A DNA stretch of 64,000 bases from the IMG/VR virus record IMGVR_UViG_3300003323_000257, positions 32,001 through 96,000 of that record. The stretch is one strand, 5' to 3'. Both the position numbers and the translations under genes were made by a program. This DNA comes from a virus. Below the pieces are notes generated by a model. The model searched no databases, was not told the origin of the DNA, and saw only the letters and a list, made by a program, of their open reading frames with translations. Positions 33,752-43,321 of this stretch are shown piece by piece (within the stretch, counting starts at the first letter, position 1; the number at the start of each line of letters is the position of its first letter).

Positions 33752-35335
33752 ATGGCAAAACGACAGTCGGGCACCGACCTCGATGATGTGGCGGACAGTA
33801 ACGGTGGTAAGAAATCTCGTATCGACGACAAGATCACGCTGGTCAAGTTCCCTGAAGGCAAATGGCTGCAAGGCCGTCTGTTCGGCAAAATCTACACCTA
33901 TGGTGGATATTGGGTGAAGACCAAAAAGAAGGACGGCAAAGCTACAACCTTCTATGTGTCGTGCCCTTCTTACGATCCACAAACCCAACAACGGGACTCC
34001 TCTATCTATGATCCATGGCGTGATCTGGAAGCCCAGCAGATCGCTGACGGCGTTGAACCAAAAGACCGCCTGATTCGTTTTGCAGTCAAAGGTTACATCA
34101 ACGGTATCGTTCGTTCGGCAGAAAAAGATCGTCCACGCAAGGTCTCGGCTTCCAAGAAGGAACTGAAAACCAAATTCAAAGACAAGGACAGCGAATCGTG
34201 GACTCCGGTCTATGTCTTCCCTCTCGGCAAAGCAGCACTGGGCAAGCTCAAAGAACAAGGTCAGCTGAACACTGTTGAAGTAAAAGGTCAAACCAAGAAC
34301 TTCCCGCTGACTCATGAGAAGTATGGGCGCGATGTTCGTATCAAATACGATTCGACCAAGGCACCGGCGGACCAGTATCAGATCGTGATGGGTGACAAGC
34401 GTACTCCTCTAACCGAGGAACAGCAGGAATATCTGGTGTGGGACCTGTCCGAATTGGAAGCAGAAACCCCTGAGGCAGAAATCAAACGCGATTTTGAATC
34501 GTGGGCAACTCGCAACGGCATCAAACTCAAAGGTAAATCGAAGAAATCCAAAGACGAGGACGATGAGGACGACGAAGACCTGCCAGATGATGACGGCGAC
34601 GATGATGACGAAGACGAGCCAAAATCGAAGAAGGGTAAAAAGGACAAAAAAGCCAAGAAGGGTAAGAAGTCCAAAGACGAGGACGATGAAGACTCTGACG
34701 AAGATGATTCCGATGAGGATGATGATTCTGACGATGAAGAGGACGAGGACGAGGACGAACCAAAGTCCAAGAAATCGAAAGGTAAATCGAAGAAATCCAA
34801 AGACGAGGACGATGAGGATTTCGACGATGATGACGACGAAGACGAACCTAAATCCAAGAAGTCCAAAAAGAAATCCAAGTCTGCTGACGAAGATGAAGAC
34901 GAAGATGACATGGATTCGGATTTCGATGATGACGAGGATGAAGACGATGAACCTAAATCCAAGAAATCTAAGAAGCCAGTAAAAGGCAAGAAGTCTAAAT
35001 CTGATGACGAAGATGAAGACGATGAGGACGAGGACTTCGATGATGACGAAGATGATGAAGAGGACGAACCTAAATCCAAGTCTAAGAAGTCAGTAAAAGG
35101 TAAATCCAAGAAGTCGCGTGATGACGACGAGGATGAAGAAGACGATGAGGATGAGGAGGATGAGGATGAGCCGAAATCCAAGTCCAAGAAATCCAAAGGC
35201 AAATCCAAGAAGTCCAAAGATGAGGACGACGAAGACGACGAGGATGATGACTCGGACGATTTCGACGACGAAGATGAGGACGACGAAGAGGATGAGCGCA
35301 AGTCGAAGAAGTCCAAAAAGAAATCCAAGAAGTAA
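33752..35335 (+). CDS. gp32-like single-stranded DNA-binding protein with ~270-aa block-charged tail
   Basis: N-terminal ~255 aa resembles T4 gp32-type SSBs and sits next to RecA/UvsX; C-terminus alternates K/S and D/E blocks. Confidence 0.65.
   Translation: MAKRQSGTDLDDVADSNGGKKSRIDDKITLVKFPEGKWLQGRLFGKIYTYGGYWVKTKKKDGKATTFYVSCPSYDPQTQQRDSSIYDPWRDLEAQQIADGVEPKDRLIRFAVKGYINGIVRSAEKDRPRKVSASKKELKTKFKDKDSESWTPVYVFPLGKAALGKLKEQGQLNTVEVKGQTKNFPLTHEKYGRDVRIKYDSTKAPADQYQIVMGDKRTPLTEEQQEYLVWDLSELEAETPEAEIKRDFESWATRNGIKLKGKSKKSKDEDDEDDEDLPDDDGDDDDEDEPKSKKGKKDKKAKKGKKSKDEDDEDSDEDDSDEDDDSDDEEDEDEDEPKSKKSKGKSKKSKDEDDEDFDDDDDEDEPKSKKSKKKSKSADEDEDEDDMDSDFDDDEDEDDEPKSKKSKKPVKGKKSKSDDEDEDDEDEDFDDDEDDEEDEPKSKSKKSVKGKSKKSRDDDEDEEDDEDEEDEDEPKSKSKKSKGKSKKSKDEDDEDDEDDDSDDFDDEDEDDEEDERKSKKSKKKSKK
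34531..35332 (+). repeat. Degenerate coding repeat: (acidic block)-EPKSKKSK
   Basis: Seven acidic blocks each closed by EPKSK or ERKSK, with recurrent gacgaggacgatga and aaatccaagaa words. Confidence 0.85.
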
Positions 35336-35351
35336 GGAATAGATAATCACG

Positions 35352-35389
35352 ACCCGGCCCTTCCCTTTGTGGGATCGGCCGGGTTTTTT
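35352..35389 (+). terminator. Intrinsic terminator
   Basis: acccggcc...ggccgggt followed by tttttt. Confidence 0.8.
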
Positions 35390-35411
35390 GCTTTCGTCAC
35401 AAGGAATTCAA

Positions 35412-36842
35412 ATGGCAAAGAAAGAAAAACCAGTTAAGGAAAAGAAGATCCATAAGGAACCAAAGACAAAGAAGGTAGCAGGTTTCGACTATGATTCAAT
35501 CTATGGTGAATCCATGGACGCTATCGCTCGGCGTCAGGGTGTGGAGACCTCTGCTCTTGATGTGGTTGATCCTGTCTCCACAGGCATGCTTACTACCGAC
35601 CTGCAAATGGGCGGCGGCATTCGTCCCGGTATGTATACCAGCGCTGGTGCAGAACAGTCGGCCAAGACTACCAATGTGTTGGAGTGGATGGCCAACATGA
35701 TCAAGGAGAAGATTCCTCGAATCGAACTTTTTGATTACGAGGGATCAACGAAAAACTCCAAGTCCTACGTTATGTCGATCATGAAAGGGGCTGGCCTGAA
35801 ACTCTCCTATGCCGAGTTATTCGGTAAGAAGGATAAGGAGACTGGTAAATGGCTTATTCGCCCTCGCGTTCACTATCATGCTGAATCCATCGGCGAGAAA
35901 TTCTTTGACTATATGTCGGAGATGCTGCGACAGCTTCCTGACAAGCGTTTCATAGCTAATCAATGGTGGCTGGTATTTGAAAAAACCAAGGACAACATCA
36001 AGAAATACGGAGAGCACGGTGATGAGTCCATGCCTAAGAAATACGGCGAAGGTATTTGGATTCCAGCACCTGATGGAAATATGCAGGCAGCTATCTTTGT
36101 CGACTCCTGGCCGGCAATGAACTCCATCGCAAACGACGAAGAGGATGCAAACAATGGCCTGGCACTACAGGCTCGCATGTTCTCCAAACATCTGCCACGG
36201 GTTAAAGGTCGTTGCGCTTCCAAAATGGTGGCTTTAATCGGTGTCAATCAACTGCGTGCAGTTCCAATGGCAATGTTTGGACCTAAAGAAACTGAACCAG
36301 GTGGTGTGGCACTGCGATTCAATTCGGATGTTCGTATTCGTAATACACCGCGTGGGTCTGGTTATCCGCTGTGGGCCAAAAACTTCAATAAACAGTTCGA
36401 AGAGGTGGAGAAATCTGTTGAATTTCCGGGTCAGTTGGATCGATACCGCTACATTCATACGAAGGCCGTAAAGAACAAACTGTGGACACCTAATCGAGAG
36501 AATTGGATTCGTATTTGGATTGAGGATGGTTCAGGTACAGCACGCGGTCTGGACCCTTTCTTCGATACCATGTACTACCTGAAGCAAACTGGACAATTGG
36601 TCGGCAAAGGTCGGAAGGCCTTAACGTTGAATCTCGAAGGCCTAGGTAAAACCAAACCTTTGTCTTGGGATGAATACAAACAATGGGTGCTTGGTGATAA
36701 GGAAACCATGACAAAAATTTCCAAGAAAGCCGGTGTCAAACCTATGAGTCTTCGATCCTTCTGCTTCAAGCAAATGAAATCTGGCAAAGGTGAGGATCTC
36801 TACGTGAAATGTAAAGACACCAAAATCGACGAGGACGAATAA
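35412..36842 (+). CDS. RecA/UvsX-like recombinase
   Basis: STG...DL.MGGGI, Walker A-like GAEQSAKTT, IFVDSWPAM, QARMFSKHL, VNQLR, PGG.ALRFNSDVRI. Confidence 0.85.
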   Translation: MAKKEKPVKEKKIHKEPKTKKVAGFDYDSIYGESMDAIARRQGVETSALDVVDPVSTGMLTTDLQMGGGIRPGMYTSAGAEQSAKTTNVLEWMANMIKEKIPRIELFDYEGSTKNSKSYVMSIMKGAGLKLSYAELFGKKDKETGKWLIRPRVHYHAESIGEKFFDYMSEMLRQLPDKRFIANQWWLVFEKTKDNIKKYGEHGDESMPKKYGEGIWIPAPDGNMQAAIFVDSWPAMNSIANDEEDANNGLALQARMFSKHLPRVKGRCASKMVALIGVNQLRAVPMAMFGPKETEPGGVALRFNSDVRIRNTPRGSGYPLWAKNFNKQFEEVEKSVEFPGQLDRYRYIHTKAVKNKLWTPNRENWIRIWIEDGSGTARGLDPFFDTMYYLKQTGQLVGKGRKALTLNLEGLGKTKPLSWDEYKQWVLGDKETMTKISKKAGVKPMSLRSFCFKQMKSGKGEDLYVKCKDTKIDEDE

Positions 36843-36843
36843 C

Positions 36844-37470
36844 ATGAATGAGGCCAACAAGCTGGTACCTGTGGAGCAATCAGAACTCGATAATGCCGAC
36901 GATCTGTTGGCCTCTCTTTCAGATATCGCATATTCCACAGCACCTACTAAACCAGTAAAAGAATCAAAGGCTCGGAAATCTCGTTTCTTTTTTAAGCTTT
37001 CCAAATCCTTTGTTGAGGAAGTGGAAGCCAAGAAGAAGGTCTTCGTTCCACGTCAAATGGTCCACATAGATCACGAGGTGGAGAAACGTCTTAAGGACTA
37101 TAAACAGGAGATACCTTCTGAATTGGAAGCCAACATAAATAAGGTGCGAGAATTCTTCCTCCAAGAGATCGCACCAATAACAATGGCGGCAGGTGCTGGG
37201 GCCTCCCAAGCCCAAGAGGTGGTAAAGCGTCTGGTAAATTCTGATATCGACGGAACTCAATTTGAGAAATTCGAGAAGATGATGGCCAAGGCCGTGGACA
37301 TAAAGATGGCGCGTTTCGTAGCCCGTCAGCTTGGTATGACCAAAAAAGAGGCCGCAGAAATTCTGGCCGAGATGAAGCCTCGCATTCCTCAGATTGTGCC
37401 TATAGGAGTTCCTAGTGAAAGACCCCAAGAAACCCCCAAAGGAAATAAAAAAGCTACAGACATTCGCTGA
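36844..37470 (+). CDS. Hypothetical protein
   Basis: 208-aa ORF abutting the recombinase. Confidence 0.7.
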   Translation: MNEANKLVPVEQSELDNADDLLASLSDIAYSTAPTKPVKESKARKSRFFFKLSKSFVEEVEAKKKVFVPRQMVHIDHEVEKRLKDYKQEIPSELEANINKVREFFLQEIAPITMAAGAGASQAQEVVKRLVNSDIDGTQFEKFEKMMAKAVDIKMARFVARQLGMTKKEAAEILAEMKPRIPQIVPIGVPSERPQETPKGNKKATDIR

Positions 37471-37642
37471 ACTATTTCCTGATTTTACTACTGATGAGCA
37501 ACGCGAAGAACTGGATAAGTGGGAGCGTAAAACCAAGAAGGCTGTTAAGGAAGGCACCGCCTCCACTATCATTCTTCCTGACGAAAAGGAAATCATTCTT
37601 CCTGACGATTTCGACATAAAGGAGGAGTGCTGCTGTGGTTAA
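37415..37642 (+). pseudogene. Displaced copy of the terminase N-terminus
   Basis: ELFPDFTTDEQREELDKWE...LPDDFDIK is homologous to ELFPEFTTDAQRELIESWE...IPDSFDIK at the terminase start; has its own AGGAG RBS. Confidence 0.7.
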
Positions 37643-38276
37643 ACACTGTATAAAACCTCTTCCACTATCAGCTGATATTCAGGAGGCAGCTGTGCTCGCA
37701 GTAGGTTTGAGAAGTGATGATGCGCGTCAATGGCATCTCAAATGGCGAAACAAGGTAAGGACCTCCAAATATAGAGGCCTGGTCTGCACATTGAGCTTCA
37801 CTCAATATCTTCTATTAGCACTTAAGGCAGGCCTGCGTAAACCTTCAGATATTGGTGACAAGCCGGGAAGTTATGTTCTAGGCCGATTTGGTGACACTGG
37901 AGGATATACCTTCGCCAATTGTAGCTTTATTTTGTACGAAGAAAATTGCTCAGAGGTTCATAGCAACGGTAGATTGGATTACGAAGCTGTGTCCTTATGT
38001 AGAAAGGGTAAAACAAGACATGACACGGAATTTATAGCACGACAATCGGCAACTATGACAGGTCGTAGGAAAGAGACACACGCAGGTCTTGCCATAATCT
38101 CAGATAAGAACAGTAAAAACTTTCGGTTGGTATCGCCGAAAGGAAAAGTCTATACAGGAAGGAACTTAAAGGGGTTCGGCCTGAAGCATAAACTCAATCA
38201 GACAGGTCTATCCCGGCTGTGTCGAGGTGTTCACGAATCTTATAAGGGTTGGACTGGAGAGTACATCGATGACTAA
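37635..38276 (+). mobile_element. Putative HNH-like homing endonuclease
   Basis: LGRFGDTGGYTFANCSFI..EEN and SPKGK...LNQTGLSRLCRG...YKGWTG; paralogue of 11871-12581. Confidence 0.7.
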
Positions 38277-40452
38277 AGATAGCAAGGCAGAAAAGAAACG
38301 GATTCTGCTGCTGCACGAATTGTTTCCCGAATTTACCACAGATGCTCAACGTGAATTAATCGAGAGTTGGGAAACTGACTCTAAGAAATCCCAAAAAGCC
38401 GGAAAGACCGACAACTACGTCGAGTTGAAGAATGGTGATTTCGCTGATATCCCGGACTCCTTCGACATCAAGGCTTTGATGGACTTAGCCGAGGACCCTC
38501 TTACTGGCACTATGAGGAATCTTCGTATTGATGACCGCGATCTTCCACATGCCAAAAACTATTGGGACTATTCAGCTCGCATCATCGGCAAGGATGCGAA
38601 CATGCCGTGGGCAAAACAAATGTGGACAGGTCTGATGTTGCACGGCGAGGTATGTACTGCGTGTACCAAATCAAAGTATCTGGACATTCATAACATACCT
38701 AAGGACTTTAACTCGCATGAATTTCCAAAGTTAATGACCTTGCTGGAGTATGGCATTTGTCCTAAGTGTAAGCGTCATAAGTGGGACCTGATAAAGAACC
38801 ACAACATGATGAATTACCTGGAGTTGGTGAATGTGCTGGGTCAGCGTTCAGGTAAGAGCTCCAGTTCTGCAGGCGGCTACGCTCCTTATGATGCACACTG
38901 TTGGATGAAGTTTCCGAGTCTGCCTACTCTGGCTCCTCAGTCCATGCAGGCTTCGACCGAGCTTACCACCACCTTTGTCTCACTCAACACGAGTAAAGCT
39001 ATCGGTGTTATGTGGACTCCGTTCAAGCGCCATATCGAGGACTCCAAGTGGTGGCAGCAGTATTTTGCTATCCTCGATGAATCCAAGAAGAAATATGGAG
39101 TGGAGCTCTATAGGGCCTCGACTCTGTACCTAAAGTTCTTCCATAAGAACATGCACTTCTATCCTACAGGTCCTAGGTCGTCTACACTTCGTGGTGATAC
39201 TAGGAAAGGCGCACTGCTTGACGAATTAGGCTTGTTCCCCTTGCCTCGAGGAGATCAAGAGGAGGATACGGAAAGCGAACGTGCCAACGCAGACGAGGCA
39301 CATAAATCGCTTATGAACTCACTGACCACTGTTCAAGGTATTCGCTGGAAGCTCCTTAAGCAAGGTTATAGCTCGGTTCCTTGGGCAGGCTTAATGTCGG
39401 TATCATCTCCGTTCAGCCTGCGAGATAAGGTAATGCGTTTGTATCGTCACTCCAAAACAGACGAAGGACGTAAAACAGTACTTGGTATTAATCTTCCTAC
39501 CTGGGAGGTTAATCCAGATTTTGATCGAGACAACCCTATCATCGTGGCCGCGTACGCTGCAAACTTTGAAAAGGCGGAGCGAGATTATGGGGCCAATCCA
39601 CCTGCTGTTCATTCACGCTATATGCCAGTTTCGTCTTTTGAGAAGGCGTTTATGAATGGACAGAACTCGCACACCTTCGATTACTGCTTTGATCAACCGG
39701 AATACATATATGGAAAAATCCACAAGATTAGGACATTCAGGTGGCCTTCCATAGTATCAATCGATGCCGGGTCAGTAGATAACTCGTTTACTGTCACAGG
39801 CATGCATTACGATTTTGATGCGAACAAGAGCGTGGTAACTACCGTTCTGGAATGCATGCCGCAGGAAGGGCGTCGAATAAACTTTAACATGCTGTATATT
39901 CACGTGATTCTGCCTTTGTTGAAGGATCTTAACGCCGTAGGATTGCTGGCAGACCAATGGCAGTCAATCGATATTCTGAATCGCGCCCAGGATGACATGG
40001 GAATGAATCCATTAGGTAAACCACGCTGCAAGGCCAAGCAACATTCACCCAACCGTAAGGACTTTGATGCAGTGAGGGCAATGTTAGGTGCAGGTAACGT
40101 TCTGCTGCCTTCGATCAACGAAATGGACGCCAAGAAGATTCTTGAAGGTGGGATTGCCTCATACAAACAGGAAATGGTGAATAAACCTGTTCAGCATCTA
40201 ATGCTTCAAATGAGTACGGTTAAGGACATAGGTCCAGGAAGATGCCCGACCAAAGGGGACGACATGACTGACGATATCTTTAGGGCGATTGTCCTTGGCT
40301 TGGCAAAAATGCACCACCCTAACGTAATGGAGGCCTTAAAAACTGCGTGCTCCTTTAACTACGGTAACAATGGTAATAGGGCACGGATGCCTACCCCTGG
40401 CTACGCCGGGCGTTCTGGAGGCCACGTCCATCGTTGGGCAGGTATACGATAA
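38269..40452 (+). CDS. terL: Terminase large subunit
   Basis: Walker A LGQRSGKS, Walker B LLDELG, nuclease SIDAGS.DNSF...DDIFRA; N-terminal CTAC...CPKC Zn finger. Confidence 0.85.
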   Translation: MTKDSKAEKKRILLLHELFPEFTTDAQRELIESWETDSKKSQKAGKTDNYVELKNGDFADIPDSFDIKALMDLAEDPLTGTMRNLRIDDRDLPHAKNYWDYSARIIGKDANMPWAKQMWTGLMLHGEVCTACTKSKYLDIHNIPKDFNSHEFPKLMTLLEYGICPKCKRHKWDLIKNHNMMNYLELVNVLGQRSGKSSSSAGGYAPYDAHCWMKFPSLPTLAPQSMQASTELTTTFVSLNTSKAIGVMWTPFKRHIEDSKWWQQYFAILDESKKKYGVELYRASTLYLKFFHKNMHFYPTGPRSSTLRGDTRKGALLDELGLFPLPRGDQEEDTESERANADEAHKSLMNSLTTVQGIRWKLLKQGYSSVPWAGLMSVSSPFSLRDKVMRLYRHSKTDEGRKTVLGINLPTWEVNPDFDRDNPIIVAAYAANFEKAERDYGANPPAVHSRYMPVSSFEKAFMNGQNSHTFDYCFDQPEYIYGKIHKIRTFRWPSIVSIDAGSVDNSFTVTGMHYDFDANKSVVTTVLECMPQEGRRINFNMLYIHVILPLLKDLNAVGLLADQWQSIDILNRAQDDMGMNPLGKPRCKAKQHSPNRKDFDAVRAMLGAGNVLLPSINEMDAKKILEGGIASYKQEMVNKPVQHLMLQMSTVKDIGPGRCPTKGDDMTDDIFRAIVLGLAKMHHPNVMEALKTACSFNYGNNGNRARMPTPGYAGRSGGHVHRWAGIR

Positions 40453-40487
40453 ATGCAAATTTCATGGGAAAGGAGGATATACCGAAG

Positions 40488-41093
40488 ATGGCGAAAAAGA
40501 AACAACGGAAACCAAACAAGACGTACGTCCTCGTTCCCTGTAAACGCAGTCATGATTATCGTATTCTGGCGGCCGACCCTGGTACACGTAACTATGGAGT
40601 TGCCTGTGTTGGGACCAAAGGTGACAAGGTTGAGGTAGTTGCCAATTCTCTGTTAACCAATCCTATAACACAGCTCACTGCTGGTTACCAAAATCAGCGT
40701 TCTCTATTCCGCAATGAACTTAATCAATGGTTTGATCTTTACGATCCTAACATTGTGATTGCGGAACGCTTCCAGACACGAGGTAATGGCGGACCGACCA
40801 TTGAGTTGGTCTCCTCGATGAATGCTCTTCTTGGTGTTATTCGAGCCAAGCTACCTGTGAAATATATTCCAGCTAGTCAATGGAAGGTCGCATTCAATCG
40901 ACGTTGGGGCGACGACTACCTAAAAGGTATGTATGAGGATTGCTTGACTACCCCTCACCAACTGGATGCAGTTCTTATAGGTATCTATGGTCTGGAGTAT
41001 GCCTTAAGACGGGAGCTAAAGTACACGCCGGCCAAGATTATTGAAATGGTGGAGTCCACATCATGCCTAGAACTAAGGAAGCCAAGAAATTAA
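40488..41093 (+). CDS. ruvC: RuvC-like Holliday junction resolvase
   Basis: ILAADPGTRNYG, IAERFQ, WK, HQLDAVLIG. Confidence 0.75.
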   Translation: MAKKKQRKPNKTYVLVPCKRSHDYRILAADPGTRNYGVACVGTKGDKVEVVANSLLTNPITQLTAGYQNQRSLFRNELNQWFDLYDPNIVIAERFQTRGNGGPTIELVSSMNALLGVIRAKLPVKYIPASQWKVAFNRRWGDDYLKGMYEDCLTTPHQLDAVLIGIYGLEYALRRELKYTPAKIIEMVESTSCLELRKPRN

Positions 41094-41293
41094 CATGCGA
41101 TTGTGCTGACTGTCTTTCAGGAAAATCAGTACCGATGGAAGAATGGTTGAAGAATCCGAAGCATCAACATATTTGGAACCAAGTCGCAGCAGGTTTAGAC
41201 ACCGGCCGCATCAAAGTACAAGGAGAAACTCATGAAACTACCCCAGGCGTGGAACCCCTCATCAAAGACAAAGACAACAGCAACCAAGGTTGA
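41063..41293 (+). CDS. Small hypothetical protein
   Basis: 76-aa ORF with CDCADC; start uncertain and overlaps both neighbours. Confidence 0.4.
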   Translation: MPRTKEAKKLTCDCADCLSGKSVPMEEWLKNPKHQHIWNQVAAGLDTGRIKVQGETHETTPGVEPLIKDKDNSNQG

Positions 41294-41498
41294 GGCGCGC
41301 ATTGATATGAGTGCCGAGGTTGCAGGCGCAGGTTTATGTCCTGACTGCCGACAGCCTATGCAACCTATGACTGCAGGTCCTGTTGAAACTCTGACCTGTA
41401 TGGGTTGTCGAATCAGTCTGCCAATTGCAGACCCGGAAAACACAGTCGAACCTCCGGTAGAGGCTGTACAAGGCCCGTCTACCTACTTAGATCAATAA
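41232..41498 (+). CDS. Small Zn-ribbon protein
   Basis: CPDC...CMGC; AGGAG RBS. Confidence 0.65.
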   Translation: MKLPQAWNPSSKTKTTATKVEARIDMSAEVAGAGLCPDCRQPMQPMTAGPVETLTCMGCRISLPIADPENTVEPPVEAVQGPSTYLDQ

Positions 41499-41503
41499 TC
41501 GTA

Positions 41504-41528
41504 AGGGAGTCCCTAAGAAGGACTCCCT
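41504..41528 (+). terminator. Hairpin (possible terminator)
   Basis: agggagtcc-ctaagaa-ggactccct. Confidence 0.55.
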
Positions 41529-41538
41529 GTTCGCTTTT

Positions 41539-42183
41539 ATGCCACTCGAAAAAAAGAAACTCAAAGCCCTTCCAGCTCCTGAAACTAAGAAAAAGAAATC
41601 TCTTGAGGCCTTAGACGTAAGTGCCAAGAAAAAGAAAAAGAAGCGCACTGAGATCGTGGAATATGAGGAAGAGCCTAAACGATTATCGAAGACGCGCACA
41701 AAGACCTTACTGAAAACACAGTTTGGTACTGGAGCTGAAAAGATTCTGCGCATGCTGGAGCAGGACGAAACTGATCCTGCTTTGGCATTGCTGCACAAAC
41801 GATTACTCTCCGCAGTGGTGGACGTACTGCCTTTGGCTGAGATGGGTATTAGGGCGTCAAAAGGCACCAGAGGGATCCACGGGTTCACAATGCTGACCTC
41901 TCAAATACGCGAGTTGATAGTCGATATTCAGGCTACTCAAGATCGTGGCATGATGGGTGAGACCTTGGTACAGCAGGTTATTCAACCTGCTTTCGGTGAC
42001 CTCGCACAAGATACCGTTCAGGAGTTTTCTGTTATAGCTGCCGATGCTAAAGCCAACATGACGGAAGAGGAATATAAGTTATTTGCTCCTCTTCTACGTG
42101 ACGCCCGAGCGCGTCTGGCCAATCGCATGACCCATCATTATAATCAAATGAAGTCAGGTACCATTGATTTCTTACAACGCTAG
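41539..42183 (+). CDS. Hypothetical protein with Lys-rich N-terminus (possible terminase small subunit)
   Basis: 214 aa, helical, lies between terL and portal; the functional guess is positional only. Confidence 0.5.
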   Translation: MPLEKKKLKALPAPETKKKKSLEALDVSAKKKKKKRTEIVEYEEEPKRLSKTRTKTLLKTQFGTGAEKILRMLEQDETDPALALLHKRLLSAVVDVLPLAEMGIRASKGTRGIHGFTMLTSQIRELIVDIQATQDRGMMGETLVQQVIQPAFGDLAQDTVQEFSVIAADAKANMTEEEYKLFAPLLRDARARLANRMTHHYNQMKSGTIDFLQR

Positions 42184-42185
42184 AT

Positions 42186-42731
42186 ATGGATGCCAATCAT
42201 ATTCGCCAATTAGTTGCCCACTACTACGCACGTAAGAAATGGCAAGTCCATTTCGAATTAGGCTTGGTTAAGAAGGGACGATTAAGGGCCGACGTAGTTG
42301 CCATGACCATGGGCGGTTATTTGGTAATCGTGGAAGTCAAAAGTTCCGTTGCTGATTTCAAGACCGACAAGAAATGGCAAGGCTATCGTCAATTTTGCAA
42401 CCAACTTTATTTCGCCATGGCACCTGAGGTGTATGCGAAGGTAAAGGATTTGATACCTAAGGGAGTAGGCGTCTTCATTGCTCTACCAAACTCAGTTAAG
42501 GTCGTTCAGAAGGCTAAGCGGCAGGAACTGGATATCAAAATCCAACTAAACATTGCTATTCGCATGGGCTATCGTTCTGCTGACGTAACCAAATTCGAGC
42601 GTAAATCCAAAACAGCTGGGCGTAAATATTTGGCACTCAAAGTGGTAGACGTTATATCTGCCTTACCTAAACCTCGATCTCGTAAGACGGTACTGGCCGC
42701 CGCAGAGACTGCTCTCAAAGGATTCGTATGA
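42186..42731 (+). CDS. MmcB-family PD-(D/E)XK nuclease-like protein
   Basis: RADVVA...VIVEVKSSVADFKTDKKWQGYRQFCNQLYFA. Confidence 0.8.
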   Translation: MDANHIRQLVAHYYARKKWQVHFELGLVKKGRLRADVVAMTMGGYLVIVEVKSSVADFKTDKKWQGYRQFCNQLYFAMAPEVYAKVKDLIPKGVGVFIALPNSVKVVQKAKRQELDIKIQLNIAIRMGYRSADVTKFERKSKTAGRKYLALKVVDVISALPKPRSRKTVLAAAETALKGFV

Positions 42732-43318
42732 GCCATTTACTTAGTTTCGTTCAAAGATCGCGACTCCAAGCGGCTTTAAGGACTCAGGAAGAAGTTATCA
42801 GCAAAATCGGTGGACAGCCCTTAAGTGACTCATTCGGCCGGGAACAGATGAAGAAGTTTACTCGGGTGATTCAGACTAAACCTAAATTGGTTAAGAAAGA
42901 CCTAGGGACCTCCAAAGGTTTAACCATGAATATGTTGGACGATACAACAGATCATGTGGTAACCCTTTACGACGATGACCTACAGAAAGTGGTGGCCTAC
43001 GGTAAGTTGGAAGACTCTCCTTACTCCAATCGGTATCGCATGTACAACCTGTATGTTGACAAGGATTGGCGAGGTAAAGGACTGGCCACGGTTTTGCATT
43101 TGGGAGCCTTACACGTACTCAAGCATCTTGAGTCAGATACCACTATGGCTGTAGGTGCTTTGAAAGCCTTCAAGTCCTTGGAGAAATTTGGCTATAAGGT
43201 CAAAATGTTTGATACCGATACAGGAAAGACTGTACCTTTTACCTGGGGACCTTCTGACGTTCCAGTGGTTAATGGCCACTCAATAGAGGACGAGGAACAC
43301 TATGCCTTATACGTGTGA
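42728..43318 (+). CDS. GNAT-family acetyltransferase
   Basis: LYVDKDWRGKGLAT acetyl-CoA motif A. Confidence 0.75.
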   Translation: MSHLLSFVQRSRLQAALRTQEEVISKIGGQPLSDSFGREQMKKFTRVIQTKPKLVKKDLGTSKGLTMNMLDDTTDHVVTLYDDDLQKVVAYGKLEDSPYSNRYRMYNLYVDKDWRGKGLATVLHLGALHVLKHLESDTTMAVGALKAFKSLEKFGYKVKMFDTDTGKTVPFTWGPSDVPVVNGHSIEDEEHYALYV

Positions 43319-43321
43319 ACG

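Noticed and set aside
34378-35328. 316-aa minus-strand poly-Ser/Leu/Phe ORF (also 3590-3811)
   Set aside because: Antisense shadow of the GAC/GAT/GAA/AAG-rich + strand coding repeat; no RBS or independent signal.
34531-35332. Regularly spaced repeats as a CRISPR-like array
   Set aside because: The units are degenerate, in frame and vary at synonymous positions; there are no constant repeats with unique spacers and no cas genes.
37621-38472. Group I intron or intein interrupting terL
   Set aside because: No P/Q/R/S intron elements or intein termini were recognised. The insert contains a complete second copy of the N-terminus with its own start, so splicing is unnecessary.
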